Assembly (NCBI GenBank): GCA_965198225.1
Contig: CBDAOY010000009.1
Span: forward strand, 832,001-896,000
Reading direction: 5' to 3'
Length of the DNA stretch: 64,000 bases
Origin: Terriglobia bacterium
GTDB taxonomy: Bacteria > Acidobacteriota > Terriglobia > 20CM-2-55-15
Part shown: one piece after another, positions 9,923 through 19,230 of the stretch
Layout: each line of letters opens with the position of its first letter
How positions within the stretch are numbered: the first letter of the stretch is position 1
The notes under the pieces: generated by a model
Told to the model about the DNA's origin: nothing
Database searches by the model: none
What the model saw: only the letters and a program-made list of their open reading frames with translations
Position numbers and translations under genes: made by a program

Positions 9923-11881
9923 CTAAAAACCGTACTCGAACCCGGTTGTGAACAGGTGCGTTCGAAACTGTTCGAAGTCTAAGCTCCGATTGACGTATTC
10001 GTACCAGTTCCAGGTGAACTGCAGCGAGACGCGCTGTGCCAGCTCAACCGACACTTCCGCAAGCGCGTCGTAGAAGCGGGTCGGCCGCGTCTCGGAGTCT
10101 CCATCTTCGTCCTCCGTCGACACGAAGAGATTGCCGCCCACGCCGACTTCGACTCGGTCGTGAGGATAGATGCGAGTCGACAGACCGGCCGTATGCCCGA
10201 GATCGCGGTAGGCGGAGAGGCCGGTTGTCACTCTCTGAGGAATCAGGAACGGCGTCACGGACGAGTACGACGACCGGGTATATGTGGCGTGGAGAACCGT
10301 GCTCCTGTTTTCCGGGACCCAAGTCAGGTTTGCCGACAGGTTCCGACTCCGCTGCTCGAGCGCGACGTCGGGCGTGTCGTTGGTGTTGTCCCAGACCAGA
10401 GCGGATACCCCCAGCACCAGTGCTTCGGAGAACCGATAGCGGCCGCCGAAACGAGCCCGGACATACTGTCTTCGGTCCGTCTGGAAAAAGATTGCGTCGC
10501 CACCGCTGAATTCCACGTCCGCCTTGAGGTCCAGTCGATCGAGACGTCGTATGGAAACACCGATTCCACCGAGATGGCGGCGGTAGCTTCGCTCCCCGGG
10601 ACCGGAGAAACGAGACTCGGGTCCGAGCGAACTCGCCCAGACATAGCCGTGGCTGCCGTGGACGCTGATGCTCTCGTCGAACTCGTAGATAAGGTCGAAG
10701 CGGTGCCGCGCAAACTCCGACTCCAGGCGCCTTGTGCGGGTCTCGGCCAGTTTGACGGGTCCTCGGGACACGCTCCCACCCGTCAGGGTCTGTTCGTTGG
10801 AGGCCGACCCTGAAACGTGGAAGCGGTCGAAAGACAAGGTCTCCTGGAGCCTCAACCCGGGTATCGGCTCCCAGACCGCCCCGGCGTTTCCCGATGGGTG
10901 CGGCCAGGACGTTTTTGCGCCGGCCACTGCCTGTTCGGCCGAGAAGAACTGAAACGCCTCGAACACGACGAAGTTTCCTGAGTTCGCCCGCGAGTAGTCG
11001 AACTCGATCGACGGTTGGCTGAAAAAGAAACTACCGAAGAGCCTGACAGTTGGTTCCGGAGTGCCTTCGACCTGGACCCGGGCGAATCGATCCGTTCCAC
11101 GGACACTGTACGCCCCGTCGAGTTCGGCGAGGTGGAGACGTTGCCCGAGGAATAGCGCGGTGCGATTCCCTCCGTCGTCTCCCTGGAACGACGTGCGCTG
11201 ATCGTCATGGAAGCGACTGCCACCGACTTCCAGAGTCGCTCTACAACGCTCGAACAGGAGCCGGACTCCCCCGCGAACGGTGTTGGTTGCGTTGTCCGTT
11301 CTCGTGGAGACGATGTACTCATTACCTTCCTGCACGAATGTGGTGCGTCCGGGACCCAGGCTGCTGTCACGCTCGACGGCGAAGAAGGGCTCCACCCGCT
11401 GGTTCATGTCGATGCGGACGTCCGCGTCGAAAAGCCCGCGCGCCACGTCCAGCGTCTGCTGTGACGTTCCACCAACCGCCGTTCCCGGGTTCGCGAACGA
11501 AGGAATGGTGTTGAAGTAATCGAACCGCCGATAGTTCAGGCGTGCCCGGTACATGCTCCGACGTCCCCAGTCGACGGCGAGCACGCTGGCCGGCTCACCC
11601 CCCCAGGAGGACGACCGGAGATCCGCGAAGTCCAGAAACGATGGGCTCGGGCTGCCCGGCTCGGGTTGATAGCTCAGGTTGAAATCGATGAGCTTCGGCC
11701 CCTCTCCGAGGTCGATCATGCTGCGGTATACGTCGTCGTTTCCGGCTGTGTCTCTCCACCGGTACCCGACGCCCACGTGACCCTCCACGGCAGGATTTGC
11801 GCCCGGAACCGAAACTTGCTGCGCATGAAGCGAGCCCGCTCCGAGAGCGGCGCACAGACCGAGTGTGGCAAACCGTCTCAT
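9923..11881 (-). CDS. mtrB: MtrB/PioB-like outer-membrane beta-barrel porin
   Basis: signal peptide, amphipathic strands, terminal FEYGF; ATGA overlap with the upstream decaheme gene. Confidence 0.8.
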   Translation of the reverse strand: MRRFATLGLCAALGAGSLHAQQVSVPGANPAVEGHVGVGYRWRDTAGNDDVYRSMIDLGEGPKLIDFNLSYQPEPGSPSPSFLDFADLRSSSWGGEPASVLAVDWGRRSMYRARLNYRRFDYFNTIPSFANPGTAVGGTSQQTLDVARGLFDADVRIDMNQRVEPFFAVERDSSLGPGRTTFVQEGNEYIVSTRTDNATNTVRGGVRLLFERCRATLEVGGSRFHDDQRTSFQGDDGGNRTALFLGQRLHLAELDGAYSVRGTDRFARVQVEGTPEPTVRLFGSFFFSQPSIEFDYSRANSGNFVVFEAFQFFSAEQAVAGAKTSWPHPSGNAGAVWEPIPGLRLQETLSFDRFHVSGSASNEQTLTGGSVSRGPVKLAETRTRRLESEFARHRFDLIYEFDESISVHGSHGYVWASSLGPESRFSGPGERSYRRHLGGIGVSIRRLDRLDLKADVEFSGGDAIFFQTDRRQYVRARFGGRYRFSEALVLGVSALVWDNTNDTPDVALEQRSRNLSANLTWVPENRSTVLHATYTRSSYSSVTPFLIPQRVTTGLSAYRDLGHTAGLSTRIYPHDRVEVGVGGNLFVSTEDEDGDSETRPTRFYDALAEVSVELAQRVSLQFTWNWYEYVNRSLDFEQFRTHLFTTGFEYGF

Positions 11882-12858
11882 CGAAGAAACGCCCGGTGGA
11901 GGTTCGAGCCGTGAATCTTCGCATGGCAAAGCGTGCAGTTGCGGATTCGGCTGCTTCGAAGGTCGTGAAACGCCGGCGGTTGTCGTCCGAAAGAGGCGCT
12001 ACCTCCGGTGTGACACTCCAGGCAAACGAAGCGAACTTCGTGACGCGTCAGCATACGTGGGTTGGACGACCCGTGAGGCTCGTGACACGCCGCGCAGCCG
12101 TCGACGCTGGCCGGCATGTGCTGGAAAGCGAACGGTCCCCGCTTGTCTCCGTGGCAGTCAAAGCATCCCTCTTCGTTCGAGTGCGAGCTCCGGAGTTGCG
12201 TCGGCCGCTGGCTGCCGTGCGGCTGGTGACAGTCTACGCAGGCCAGCGCGCCCTCCCGCAGGCGGTGGCTGAAGGGACGCTCGAAGGCGGCTCGCTCGAC
12301 ACGGTGGCACTCCGCGCACACATCGTTGCGCTCCCCACGTAGCAGGTCTCGGGGTTCCGGGGAGGCATGGATATCATGACAACTGGTGCACGAGACCGAC
12401 TTTCTACGGTGAGCGTCGAAGAGCCGGTCGGAGTGGGACGCGTTCTCCGCGTGGCAGTCCATACACACGTCCGACTCGGTGACCGGACCCAAGCTTCCGA
12501 ACACCCTGATGTCGCCCCGATCCATGCTCTCGGTGTGCGCCAGCCCCGGACCATGGCAGGTTTCGCAGGCACCGTGGGCGGTGTCGCCTGCCACCGCCTG
12601 TTCGTCTCGGTGAGGGTTCCGCAGCAGGTCGATGCCGATGTCCTCGTGGCACAGGGCGCACAACTCCGCTCCGGCATATTCCGAGTCCTGGGGGCGTGAA
12701 AGAGGAGGCAGCGGCTCCCGTGAGAGGAGAGGCATAGGAGCCGCCGCGAGGAGAAGTGACAGAGGCAAAGCTGCCACCAGTAGTTTCCAAGCAATTCGGA
12801 TGCCACTCTGGCGCCAATACAACGGGTCGCCGGTGTCCGGATGACCCCGGTACGTCAT
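11878..12858 (-). CDS. mtrA: DmsE/MtrA-family decaheme cytochrome c
   Basis: 10 CXXCH, with CETCHGPG, KRGPFAFQH, CHEPHGS and CHAKIHGSN signatures. Confidence 0.92.
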   Translation of the reverse strand: MTYRGHPDTGDPLYWRQSGIRIAWKLLVAALPLSLLLAAAPMPLLSREPLPPLSRPQDSEYAGAELCALCHEDIGIDLLRNPHRDEQAVAGDTAHGACETCHGPGLAHTESMDRGDIRVFGSLGPVTESDVCMDCHAENASHSDRLFDAHRRKSVSCTSCHDIHASPEPRDLLRGERNDVCAECHRVERAAFERPFSHRLREGALACVDCHQPHGSQRPTQLRSSHSNEEGCFDCHGDKRGPFAFQHMPASVDGCAACHEPHGSSNPRMLTRHEVRFVCLECHTGGSASFGRQPPAFHDLRSSRIRNCTLCHAKIHGSNLHRAFLR

Positions 12859-14900
12859 CGGGCGTGAACCCGGTCGACGGAAAACTCGCTGGTTGGACCG
12901 TGACAGACTGCGCAGGATTCGCCGAGGACCGACGTCTGGAGCGTCGTGTGGATGAGGGTCGCCCGGCTCGTATGGCAGGAGACGCAGGCCGCAGCCTCAG
13001 GCAACAGGGGATTGACCAGACCCCGCGGCGAGAGTGAGGGCTCCAGCGTCAGCGCCAACGGCAGCTGCTCGGTCCCCTCGACGTGGCATTTCACACAATT
13101 CCTTCGGTCCCCGGGATAGACCACCTTGTTGTAGTTGTGCGGGCGGTTGCCGAAGCCGTACACCGTGAAGTCTTCATCGAGCTCCGCGCCGGTGTGGATC
13201 TTGTGGATCATCGTCTTGAGATGCACGGATTCCGACGCCCCCTGGCCTTCAGGCCTCCGACCCTCGTCCGTCGTTAGCGCGGTATGGCACAGGACACAGT
13301 GCTCCGGGTTGTTGCGGTTGTCTCCGTGTATCGAGAAGTTGCCGTGACAGGAGTTGCAGCCGTCGAGTTTGACGACCTGTCTTCGCTCCACCCCGGTCCC
13401 GCCGGCGGTCTCGAAGTAAAACACATCGTTGAATCCCGCGTCGCGGACGCTGATCGTTGTCTCATCGATTCTCGTGATCGTCTCGGTTCGGTAGCCCTCG
13501 ATGCCGACCGCCATGGTTCCGGTGAAGTTGGCGTCGATCGGGGTCGAGAACGTGTGGAAATAGATTCCGTTCGAGCCGGTTGCGGTCCGTGCATTCTCGC
13601 TGACATACGCGTTGAAGTCCGTCGTCGGCCCGGCGAGCACCAGGGCGAGCCGGGACATCGCCTCGATATCGACCGGGTTGCCGGCCTTGTCTTCGATGCT
13701 GAACTGCACGGTGGGTACGTTGCCGGCAGTGCCGTCTTCCACCCCGAGAATCTTAAAGACGATGCCTTGAAGCCCGGTCGCTTCCCTCGGAATGGTGTGA
13801 GAGTTCGCAACCGAGATGTCAAAGTCGATAGTGCCGAGTGGTACATGACAAGCCACGCACTTCGTGTCGTCGAACTGAGGGATGCCTGCGTGGCTCTCCC
13901 CGGTGGTGAAGTCGACGTCGTCGTGGCACGATCCGCATGCCGCGCGCGTGGGTCTCGACAGGTAGGTCAACGATTGTGTCCCCCCCTGGTGGCAGTGTTC
14001 ACAGCGCCGGATGTCGTCGGGGAATACGACTTCCGAGTAGTCGTGGACGCTCTGGCGGAACCCGATGATCTGGTACGGTGTGCCCGCCTGGACGCTCGGA
14101 AGATCCGATCCCCGGTGGATCTTGTGGATCATGACTTTCATATCCACCGTGTTGCCTGTGTCGGGATCGCTGGTCTGCTCGTTGTGGCACAGGATGCAGA
14201 GGCGTACCTCCTGCCGCCGGTCGCCATGGAGTGCCAGTGGATCGTGGCACGTGTTGCACGCGTCGGTCGACATCTGCTCTCGTCTTGCGATAACGGCAGA
14301 TCCGTTCGGCACGAACTCCATCACGTCGTTCGAGTACTGACGGTCGAGCCGAAAATCCCTCAGGTCGCGCGTGGCGTATACGCCGATGGCGTGAGTCTCG
14401 GCCTGGGGATAGCCCGCGGGCAATTTCGTTCCGAACGTGTAACGGTAGAGGCCGTCGGCGAGCTGTTCGTAGCTGCCGCCGCTGTCGGACGAGGCCTGGG
14501 TTGCTGTCACACCGGTTTCCACGCCCGTCGCCAGCCGAGTTGTGTAGGCGACGTACGTTGCTTTCTCGGAGGGGAGGTGGGCGGCGATGAAGCTCATGCT
14601 AACCGCGCCCGGCGAGAACACGCCGTTTCGATCGAGCGGGAGCCCGACGTTGTCGGTGATGCGAATGCCGACAGTGAGGGTGCCGTCAGCAGCAATCGTG
14701 GGATTTTCCAGTTTAGCCGTCAGGCCGGGGCGCACGAAGTCGACGAGGAGCGGGCTCACGTAGAACTCGAGGTCGTGACTCGAAACGAGTGCGAGTGTTT
14801 TGCCCTGTTCCTGCTGGGCGCCGATACTGGTTGCGAACGTCATTACGACGAGCGCTGTACCCACGATCATCCAAAATGACCAGGGTCGAACTCCGAACAT
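12855..14900 (-). CDS. mtrC: OmcA/MtrC-family decaheme cytochrome c
   Basis: 10 CXXCH in two pentaheme blocks, each preceded by a heme-free domain; MIHKIH repeated; ATGA overlap with mtrA. Confidence 0.9.
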   Translation of the reverse strand: MFGVRPWSFWMIVGTALVVMTFATSIGAQQEQGKTLALVSSHDLEFYVSPLLVDFVRPGLTAKLENPTIAADGTLTVGIRITDNVGLPLDRNGVFSPGAVSMSFIAAHLPSEKATYVAYTTRLATGVETGVTATQASSDSGGSYEQLADGLYRYTFGTKLPAGYPQAETHAIGVYATRDLRDFRLDRQYSNDVMEFVPNGSAVIARREQMSTDACNTCHDPLALHGDRRQEVRLCILCHNEQTSDPDTGNTVDMKVMIHKIHRGSDLPSVQAGTPYQIIGFRQSVHDYSEVVFPDDIRRCEHCHQGGTQSLTYLSRPTRAACGSCHDDVDFTTGESHAGIPQFDDTKCVACHVPLGTIDFDISVANSHTIPREATGLQGIVFKILGVEDGTAGNVPTVQFSIEDKAGNPVDIEAMSRLALVLAGPTTDFNAYVSENARTATGSNGIYFHTFSTPIDANFTGTMAVGIEGYRTETITRIDETTISVRDAGFNDVFYFETAGGTGVERRQVVKLDGCNSCHGNFSIHGDNRNNPEHCVLCHTALTTDEGRRPEGQGASESVHLKTMIHKIHTGAELDEDFTVYGFGNRPHNYNKVVYPGDRRNCVKCHVEGTEQLPLALTLEPSLSPRGLVNPLLPEAAACVSCHTSRATLIHTTLQTSVLGESCAVCHGPTSEFSVDRVHAR

Positions 14901-14929
14901 CGTCTCCTCCTTCGTCGGGTTGGCGTGTA

Positions 14930-15478
14930 CTAAACCGCGCGGCTTTCGCCCAGGTGTTGCGTTTCGAGGTACCCGACCACGGTGTCGAACTGCGTCAGGG
15001 TGTCCTCGGTGAGTTCGTTGTCCATTCGTCGGAAAGCCGTGAGTATCTGTTCGTCGTCCACGTCTGTCAGGAATCGGCGCGCCATCGGGAACAGGATCTG
15101 GTCCTCCTTTTGGATGTGCTCGCGAAGCAGCGTCACGTACCGGCTGCCGTGCCGGACGAATTCCGACGGATCCTCCCGGCGGGTCGCATCGTTCATCCCG
15201 GCGACCAGCGAACGTGCCTGCTCGTGTTCCCGGAGCATGCAGCCCACCGGCCCGCCTTCCGATGTCAGCCCGGCCGCTTCCAAAGCAGGGAAGAGAATCG
15301 CCTCTTCCTTCGCGTGGTGGGCCTGGTCGGCGTACATCTGGAAGAAGCGCAGCAGATTTGCGGTGTCGTCCCGGTCGATGACCTCTTTCCGCTCCATCCG
15401 TACGATCATGGCTTCGAGGACTCCCAGTGCCCGAAGGATGAGTTTGTGTTCGTTCGATAATACGTCGGTGCTTTTCAT
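14930..15478 (-). CDS. hemerythrin (HHE) domain protein
   Basis: EHKLI, HHAKEE..LFP, EHEQAR and HIQKED.ILFP. Confidence 0.88.
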   Translation of the reverse strand: MKSTDVLSNEHKLILRALGVLEAMIVRMERKEVIDRDDTANLLRFFQMYADQAHHAKEEAILFPALEAAGLTSEGGPVGCMLREHEQARSLVAGMNDATRREDPSEFVRHGSRYVTLLREHIQKEDQILFPMARRFLTDVDDEQILTAFRRMDNELTEDTLTQFDTVVGYLETQHLGESRAV

Positions 15479-15860
15479 CAGATCTTCATCGCCTACCGCA
15501 GCGTCCTCCATACTGGGCCCTGCACGCGGAGGGCCGCCGATCCAGATGGGGGGCTTTCAGGCGGTTCTCAAGTGCAGCTTGTAAGTGCCTGTTGTTGAGG
15601 GGAATGGAAAAGCAATTCGTCAGCTCGATGTATTAGGGAACCGCATTCTGGGGCGGGCTACCGACTCCTGCTGAGACATTCAGTCACCCCGAAGACTGTT
15701 AGATTGACCGAATGTCGCGGCAGTTGACCCTCCGCGACAAGCGCCCGTGTCAAGAAGGCAGCGTTCGTTCGGGCTCGGAACCATTTTGGCCTGGCGTCGG
15801 ATTCGAATATCGTCTCGAAAACCGGTGTGTTTAGCGGCGTGGCGAGCAGGAGATGCGTTT

Positions 15861-15875
15861 TGGGGTCTCAATTGC
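15861..15875 (+). promoter_or_regulatory. putative sigma54 promoter for the small cytochrome
   Basis: TGGGGTCTCAATTGC, GG-N10-GC with TTGC. Confidence 0.45.
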
Positions 15876-15938
15876 AGGAAGTATTCCTGGAGGTAATCCG
15901 GTGCAGCCCCAAAGGCCGGCCAGAGAGGAGACTCAAGA

Positions 15939-16154
15939 ATGATCAGAAGAAGAATCGGCCTTCTCTTCCTGCTCGTCTCCGTTGCCTTCGCCACGGCGGT
16001 CCCGTCGATGGCGACGAAAGAGATGGCGAAGAAAGAAAAGAAATCGTGCGTCACCTGTCATGTCAAGACAGGCTCCGAAGAACTGAACGAAGCCGGGAAG
16101 TATTACAAGGAGAAAGGGACGCTGGAAGGGTACAAGCTCAAGAAAACGCCGTAG
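15939..16154 (+). CDS. very small secreted monoheme cytochrome c
   Basis: RBS GAGGAG, signal peptide, CVTCH, Lys-rich mature part of about 47 aa. Confidence 0.8.
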   Translation: MIRRRIGLLFLLVSVAFATAVPSMATKEMAKKEKKSCVTCHVKTGSEELNEAGKYYKEKGTLEGYKLKKTP

Positions 16155-16177
16155 ACCGTTTCCGACTTCCGCCCGGA

Positions 16178-16332
16178 CTCCCCTCCTCAGATGAGAAGGG
16201 GTGGCGAGAAGCGCCGGGGTGGTTGACCGGGGAAATCCAACCACTCCGTCTGCGCCTGGCGGCGCATCCACCCCTCCTGAATCAGGAGGGGAGCCCGGGG
16301 TGGCGCGAAGCGCCGGGGTGGTGCTGATCAAA
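16178..16332. repeat. CCCCTCCT-N-AGGAGGGG / GGGGTGGCGCGAAGCGCCGGGGTGGT repeat family, two copies
   Basis: near-identical units at about 16180-16228 and 16270-16330; an inverted copy lies at 39387..39442. Confidence 0.75.
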
Positions 16333-16338
16333 GTGAAT

Positions 16339-16600
16339 CTATTCAAGCTTCGCCGGAATGGCGAGAACCGGGCAGCTCACGGCGCGGATGACACGCTCGG
16401 CTGTTGATCCCATCATGGCACGCGCTACCATGCCTTTGCCGTGGATGTTCAATATGGAGACTTTCATTTCGTCATCGATGTCTCCGGTGCGAACCGCCGT
16501 TTCCACCTCGATCCCCTGCGATCGCGCACTCTGTCCCATCTTTTCGACAGTCTCGACCGCCTGCTGCTCGAACCTCCGGATCAGGTCGGCGGTGTGCACC
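16339..16600 (-). pseudogene. universal stress protein 3' fragment
   Basis: GIEVETAVRTGD...HGKG...GSTAERVIRAVSCPVLAIP; no N-terminus. Confidence 0.65.
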
Positions 16601-16615
16601 TGGTGTTCGACAGCA

Positions 16616-16806
16616 TGACGCTGAAGGAGGCGCTGGAAACCGTGCTTCATGCGGAACTCCAGGCCCAGGATTTCTACCGGCAGGCGGCGAGAAACGCTGA
16701 GCAGCCCGACCTGGCTGATCTCTACAAGGAGTTGGGGGGATTCGAGGAACACCACGTCCAGTGGATTGAGACGCGATTCGATGAGCTCGCGAGGACGACG
16801 GCATGA
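16616..16806 (+). pseudogene. rubrerythrin/ferritin-like 3' fragment
   Basis: EALE...AE..AQDFY...L...EE.H is only one half of a four-helix bundle. Confidence 0.55.
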
Positions 16807-16938
16807 AGCGCCAGGTCGAGGTCTGCGGCGTCGGTTTTGAGGACACTGTTTTTTTCGGGAGGACAGGTTTTCATCGACAAGACAAGCTCGGTGCGTGACT
16901 CTGGTGGCAGTGCGACAGCACGCAAAGGAGATGCGAAT

Positions 16939-17259
16939 ATGAGTTCCGCACCCCGGCCACCGAAGGCTTTTCAGTCCTTCGTCGAGCGATACCCCAAACT
17001 CAGTCATGCGTGGGAACTGGCGGCGGAGGAGGGGAACCTGGGCCCGCTCGATCCGAAGACGATCCGGCTCGTCAAACTGGCGATCGCCATCGGCGCTCTG
17101 CGCGAAGGCGCGGTCCATTCCAACGTGCGCAAAGCGCTTGCCACCGGGATTACCCCTGATGAGATCGAGCAGGTCGTGGCACTTGCGGCGAGTACGCTGG
17201 GGTTCCCGTCGACCGTGGCGGCTTATTCATGGGCGCACGATGTCTTGGATAAGAAGTAG
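16939..17259 (+). CDS. carboxymuconolactone decarboxylase/AhpD-like protein
   Basis: GPLDPKTIRLVKLAIAIG...HSNVRKAL..GITPDEIEQ; RBS AAGGAG. Confidence 0.85.
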   Translation: MSSAPRPPKAFQSFVERYPKLSHAWELAAEEGNLGPLDPKTIRLVKLAIAIGALREGAVHSNVRKALATGITPDEIEQVVALAASTLGFPSTVAAYSWAHDVLDKK

Positions 17260-17505
17260 TCGGTAGTCGTTGCAGTAGACGGTTCCGGAGGTCTTGGAGG
17301 GAATGGAAGGTCTTCGGACTATTCACCTCCGGGGGCCGGAACTCGTTGCGAGGGTCGTGTCTATTCAAAACTCATCAACCAGATGTAAGTGTTGCCCTTT
17401 TTAAAGAGGTATCCAGCCCCATGACCAAACCGACATACCTCACCTTCGAGTCGTTCGAGAAACGGGCCGCAGACTTCTGCTTGAACCCCCGTTCCCGTCA
17501 GCCCT

Positions 17506-18474
17506 TCACTGCGCCAGGACCCCGGCCAGGTCCAATAACTCCAAGTCCAGTTCTTTCTTCCGCGTGACAACCTCGGACAAGGGGGTTGTTTGCACGGCGC
17601 CTTGCCGCAGGCCCACCAGGCAGCCATATTCTCCGCGCTCGATGGCCGCCACCGCTCCCGCACCGAAACGGGTTCCGAGCAGCCGATCGAAGGCCGTCGG
17701 GATTCCTCCACGCTGGACGTGCCCGAGGATCGTCACTCGAACTTCGAAATGAAGGTCTTCATGTTCCTTGAAGTAATGAACCAGCGCTTCGGCGTTGGAA
17801 CCTGCTCCCTCGGCAACGACGACGATCGCATGGTTCTTGCCCTTTTCATACGCGGCCTGGAACTCCTTTGCGATCGATTCCGGAGTCATTTCACGTTCCG
17901 GGATCACGACAGCTTCTGCACCACCCGTGATGCCGGCGATCAGGGCGAGATACCCGCAGTCGCGGCCCATCACCTCTACGATGTTGCCCCGTTCGTGCGA
18001 AGATGCGGTCACCTTGATCCGGTCGATAGCCTCCAGAGCGATGTTCAAGGCCGTATCGACCCCGATCGTGACATCGGACCCGTAAAGGTCGTTGTCGATC
18101 GTGGACGCGACGCCGACGACCGGACAGCCCCTCTCTGAAAGAGCGAACGAGCCCTCTTGCGATCCGTTTCCTCCGATCACGATCAGCGACTCGATGCCGT
18201 GCTGCGAAAGCTGCCGGATCGCATCGCTCCGGCCCGCATCTGTTGCGAACTCGGGACACCGCGCCGTACCGAGGAAGGTACCACCGCGCTGTATTATTCC
18301 GCTCACATCACGGCTTCCCAGCCGGACGAAGTTTCCGGCAACGAGTCCCGCGTAACCCCGGCGGATCCCGAACATCTCCCATCCTCTTTCTCCCCCGGAT
18401 CGAACGACTGCGCGGATGGCTGCATTCATGCCGGGCGCATCGCCGCCACTGGTCAGAACAGCTACTCGTTTCAT
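17506..18474 (-). CDS. pfkA: ATP-dependent 6-phosphofructokinase
   Basis: LTSGGDAPGMN, TIDND, EVMGR and LGHVQRGG. Confidence 0.95.
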   Translation of the reverse strand: MKRVAVLTSGGDAPGMNAAIRAVVRSGGERGWEMFGIRRGYAGLVAGNFVRLGSRDVSGIIQRGGTFLGTARCPEFATDAGRSDAIRQLSQHGIESLIVIGGNGSQEGSFALSERGCPVVGVASTIDNDLYGSDVTIGVDTALNIALEAIDRIKVTASSHERGNIVEVMGRDCGYLALIAGITGGAEAVVIPEREMTPESIAKEFQAAYEKGKNHAIVVVAEGAGSNAEALVHYFKEHEDLHFEVRVTILGHVQRGGIPTAFDRLLGTRFGAGAVAAIERGEYGCLVGLRQGAVQTTPLSEVVTRKKELDLELLDLAGVLAQ

Positions 18475-18560
18475 GAGAACAGCCTACAGGAAAGCCGATC
18501 GCTGGGGGAAGGTTCGGCGGGAGTCACGACTGAATACTCATTACTGACGACTTCCTACGG

Positions 18561-18589
18561 TTGACGCTTCGTCCGGAAAATCCTATCCT
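18561..18589 (+). promoter_or_regulatory. sigma70-type promoter
   Basis: TTGACG-N17-TATCCT upstream of the bacilliredoxin gene. Confidence 0.55.
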
Positions 18590-18627
18590 TGGGTTTAGGC
18601 AAATCGTTCTTGAGAGGAGAAAAACCA

Positions 18628-19083
18628 TTGGATTTCGAATTCAGACCGACAACGCGCTATCCCGAGGATCTCATCCTGCCGATGAGAGAGGAATTGACAA
18701 GGCTCGGGGTACGGGAGACACGGACGCCGGAAGACGTCGATGAGGCCGTCCAGAAGGGGTCCGGCACGACTATGGTGGTGGTCAATTCGGTGTGTGGGTG
18801 TGCCGCCGGGAGAGCTCGCCCCGGCATCGCACTAGCGCTTCAACATTCGGTAAAACCCAACGACGTGATCACCGTCTTCGCCGGCGCCGACATCGAAGCG
18901 ACCCAGAGGGCTCGCGGTTACTTCAAGGGATATCAACCTTCTTCGCCTTCGATCGCGTTGATGCAGAATGGCGAAGTCGTCTACATGCTCGAACGCCATC
19001 AGATCGAAGGTCGCGAGGCGCCGGAGATCGCGGCAGATCTCGTGGGCGCATTCGACCAGCTGTGTGGGTCGGAGAAGACGTAG
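18628..19083 (+). CDS. BrxA/BrxB-family bacilliredoxin
   Basis: VNSVCGCAAG.ARPG, TVFAG.D.EAT and PSSPS.AL; TTG start after GAGGAG. Confidence 0.9.
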   Translation: MDFEFRPTTRYPEDLILPMREELTRLGVRETRTPEDVDEAVQKGSGTTMVVVNSVCGCAAGRARPGIALALQHSVKPNDVITVFAGADIEATQRARGYFKGYQPSSPSIALMQNGEVVYMLERHQIEGREAPEIAADLVGAFDQLCGSEKT

Positions 19084-19100
19084 GACGTAGTCCGTTGAAG

Positions 19101-19132
19101 AGAAAAGCCCCTTCGGCGGGCCTTTTCTTTTT
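19101..19132 (+). terminator. intrinsic terminator
   Basis: AGAAAAGCCC...GGGCCTTTTCT hairpin plus T-run after the stop. Confidence 0.65.
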
Positions 19133-19180
19133 CGGCGGGATTGCGATTCGGCGTTCTTAGACCTTTCTGCTCGGCCAAGA

Positions 19181-19230
19181 CCCGGGGACAGGGCTATACC
19201 CCTGTCCCCCTCACATTGGCTCTCTCGCGG
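19181..19230. repeat. GGGGACAGGG-N-CCCTGTCCCC palindrome family (about 50-bp unit)
   Basis: homologous units at 39262..39310, 60841..60888 and 61142..61175. Confidence 0.8.

Noticed and set aside
13284-14879. 531-aa plus-strand ORF (likewise 25720..27177, 28978..30183, 42889..44319 and 49340..50911)
   Set aside because: Antisense shadows of well-supported genes, expected with GC-rich codon usage; no recognisable motifs
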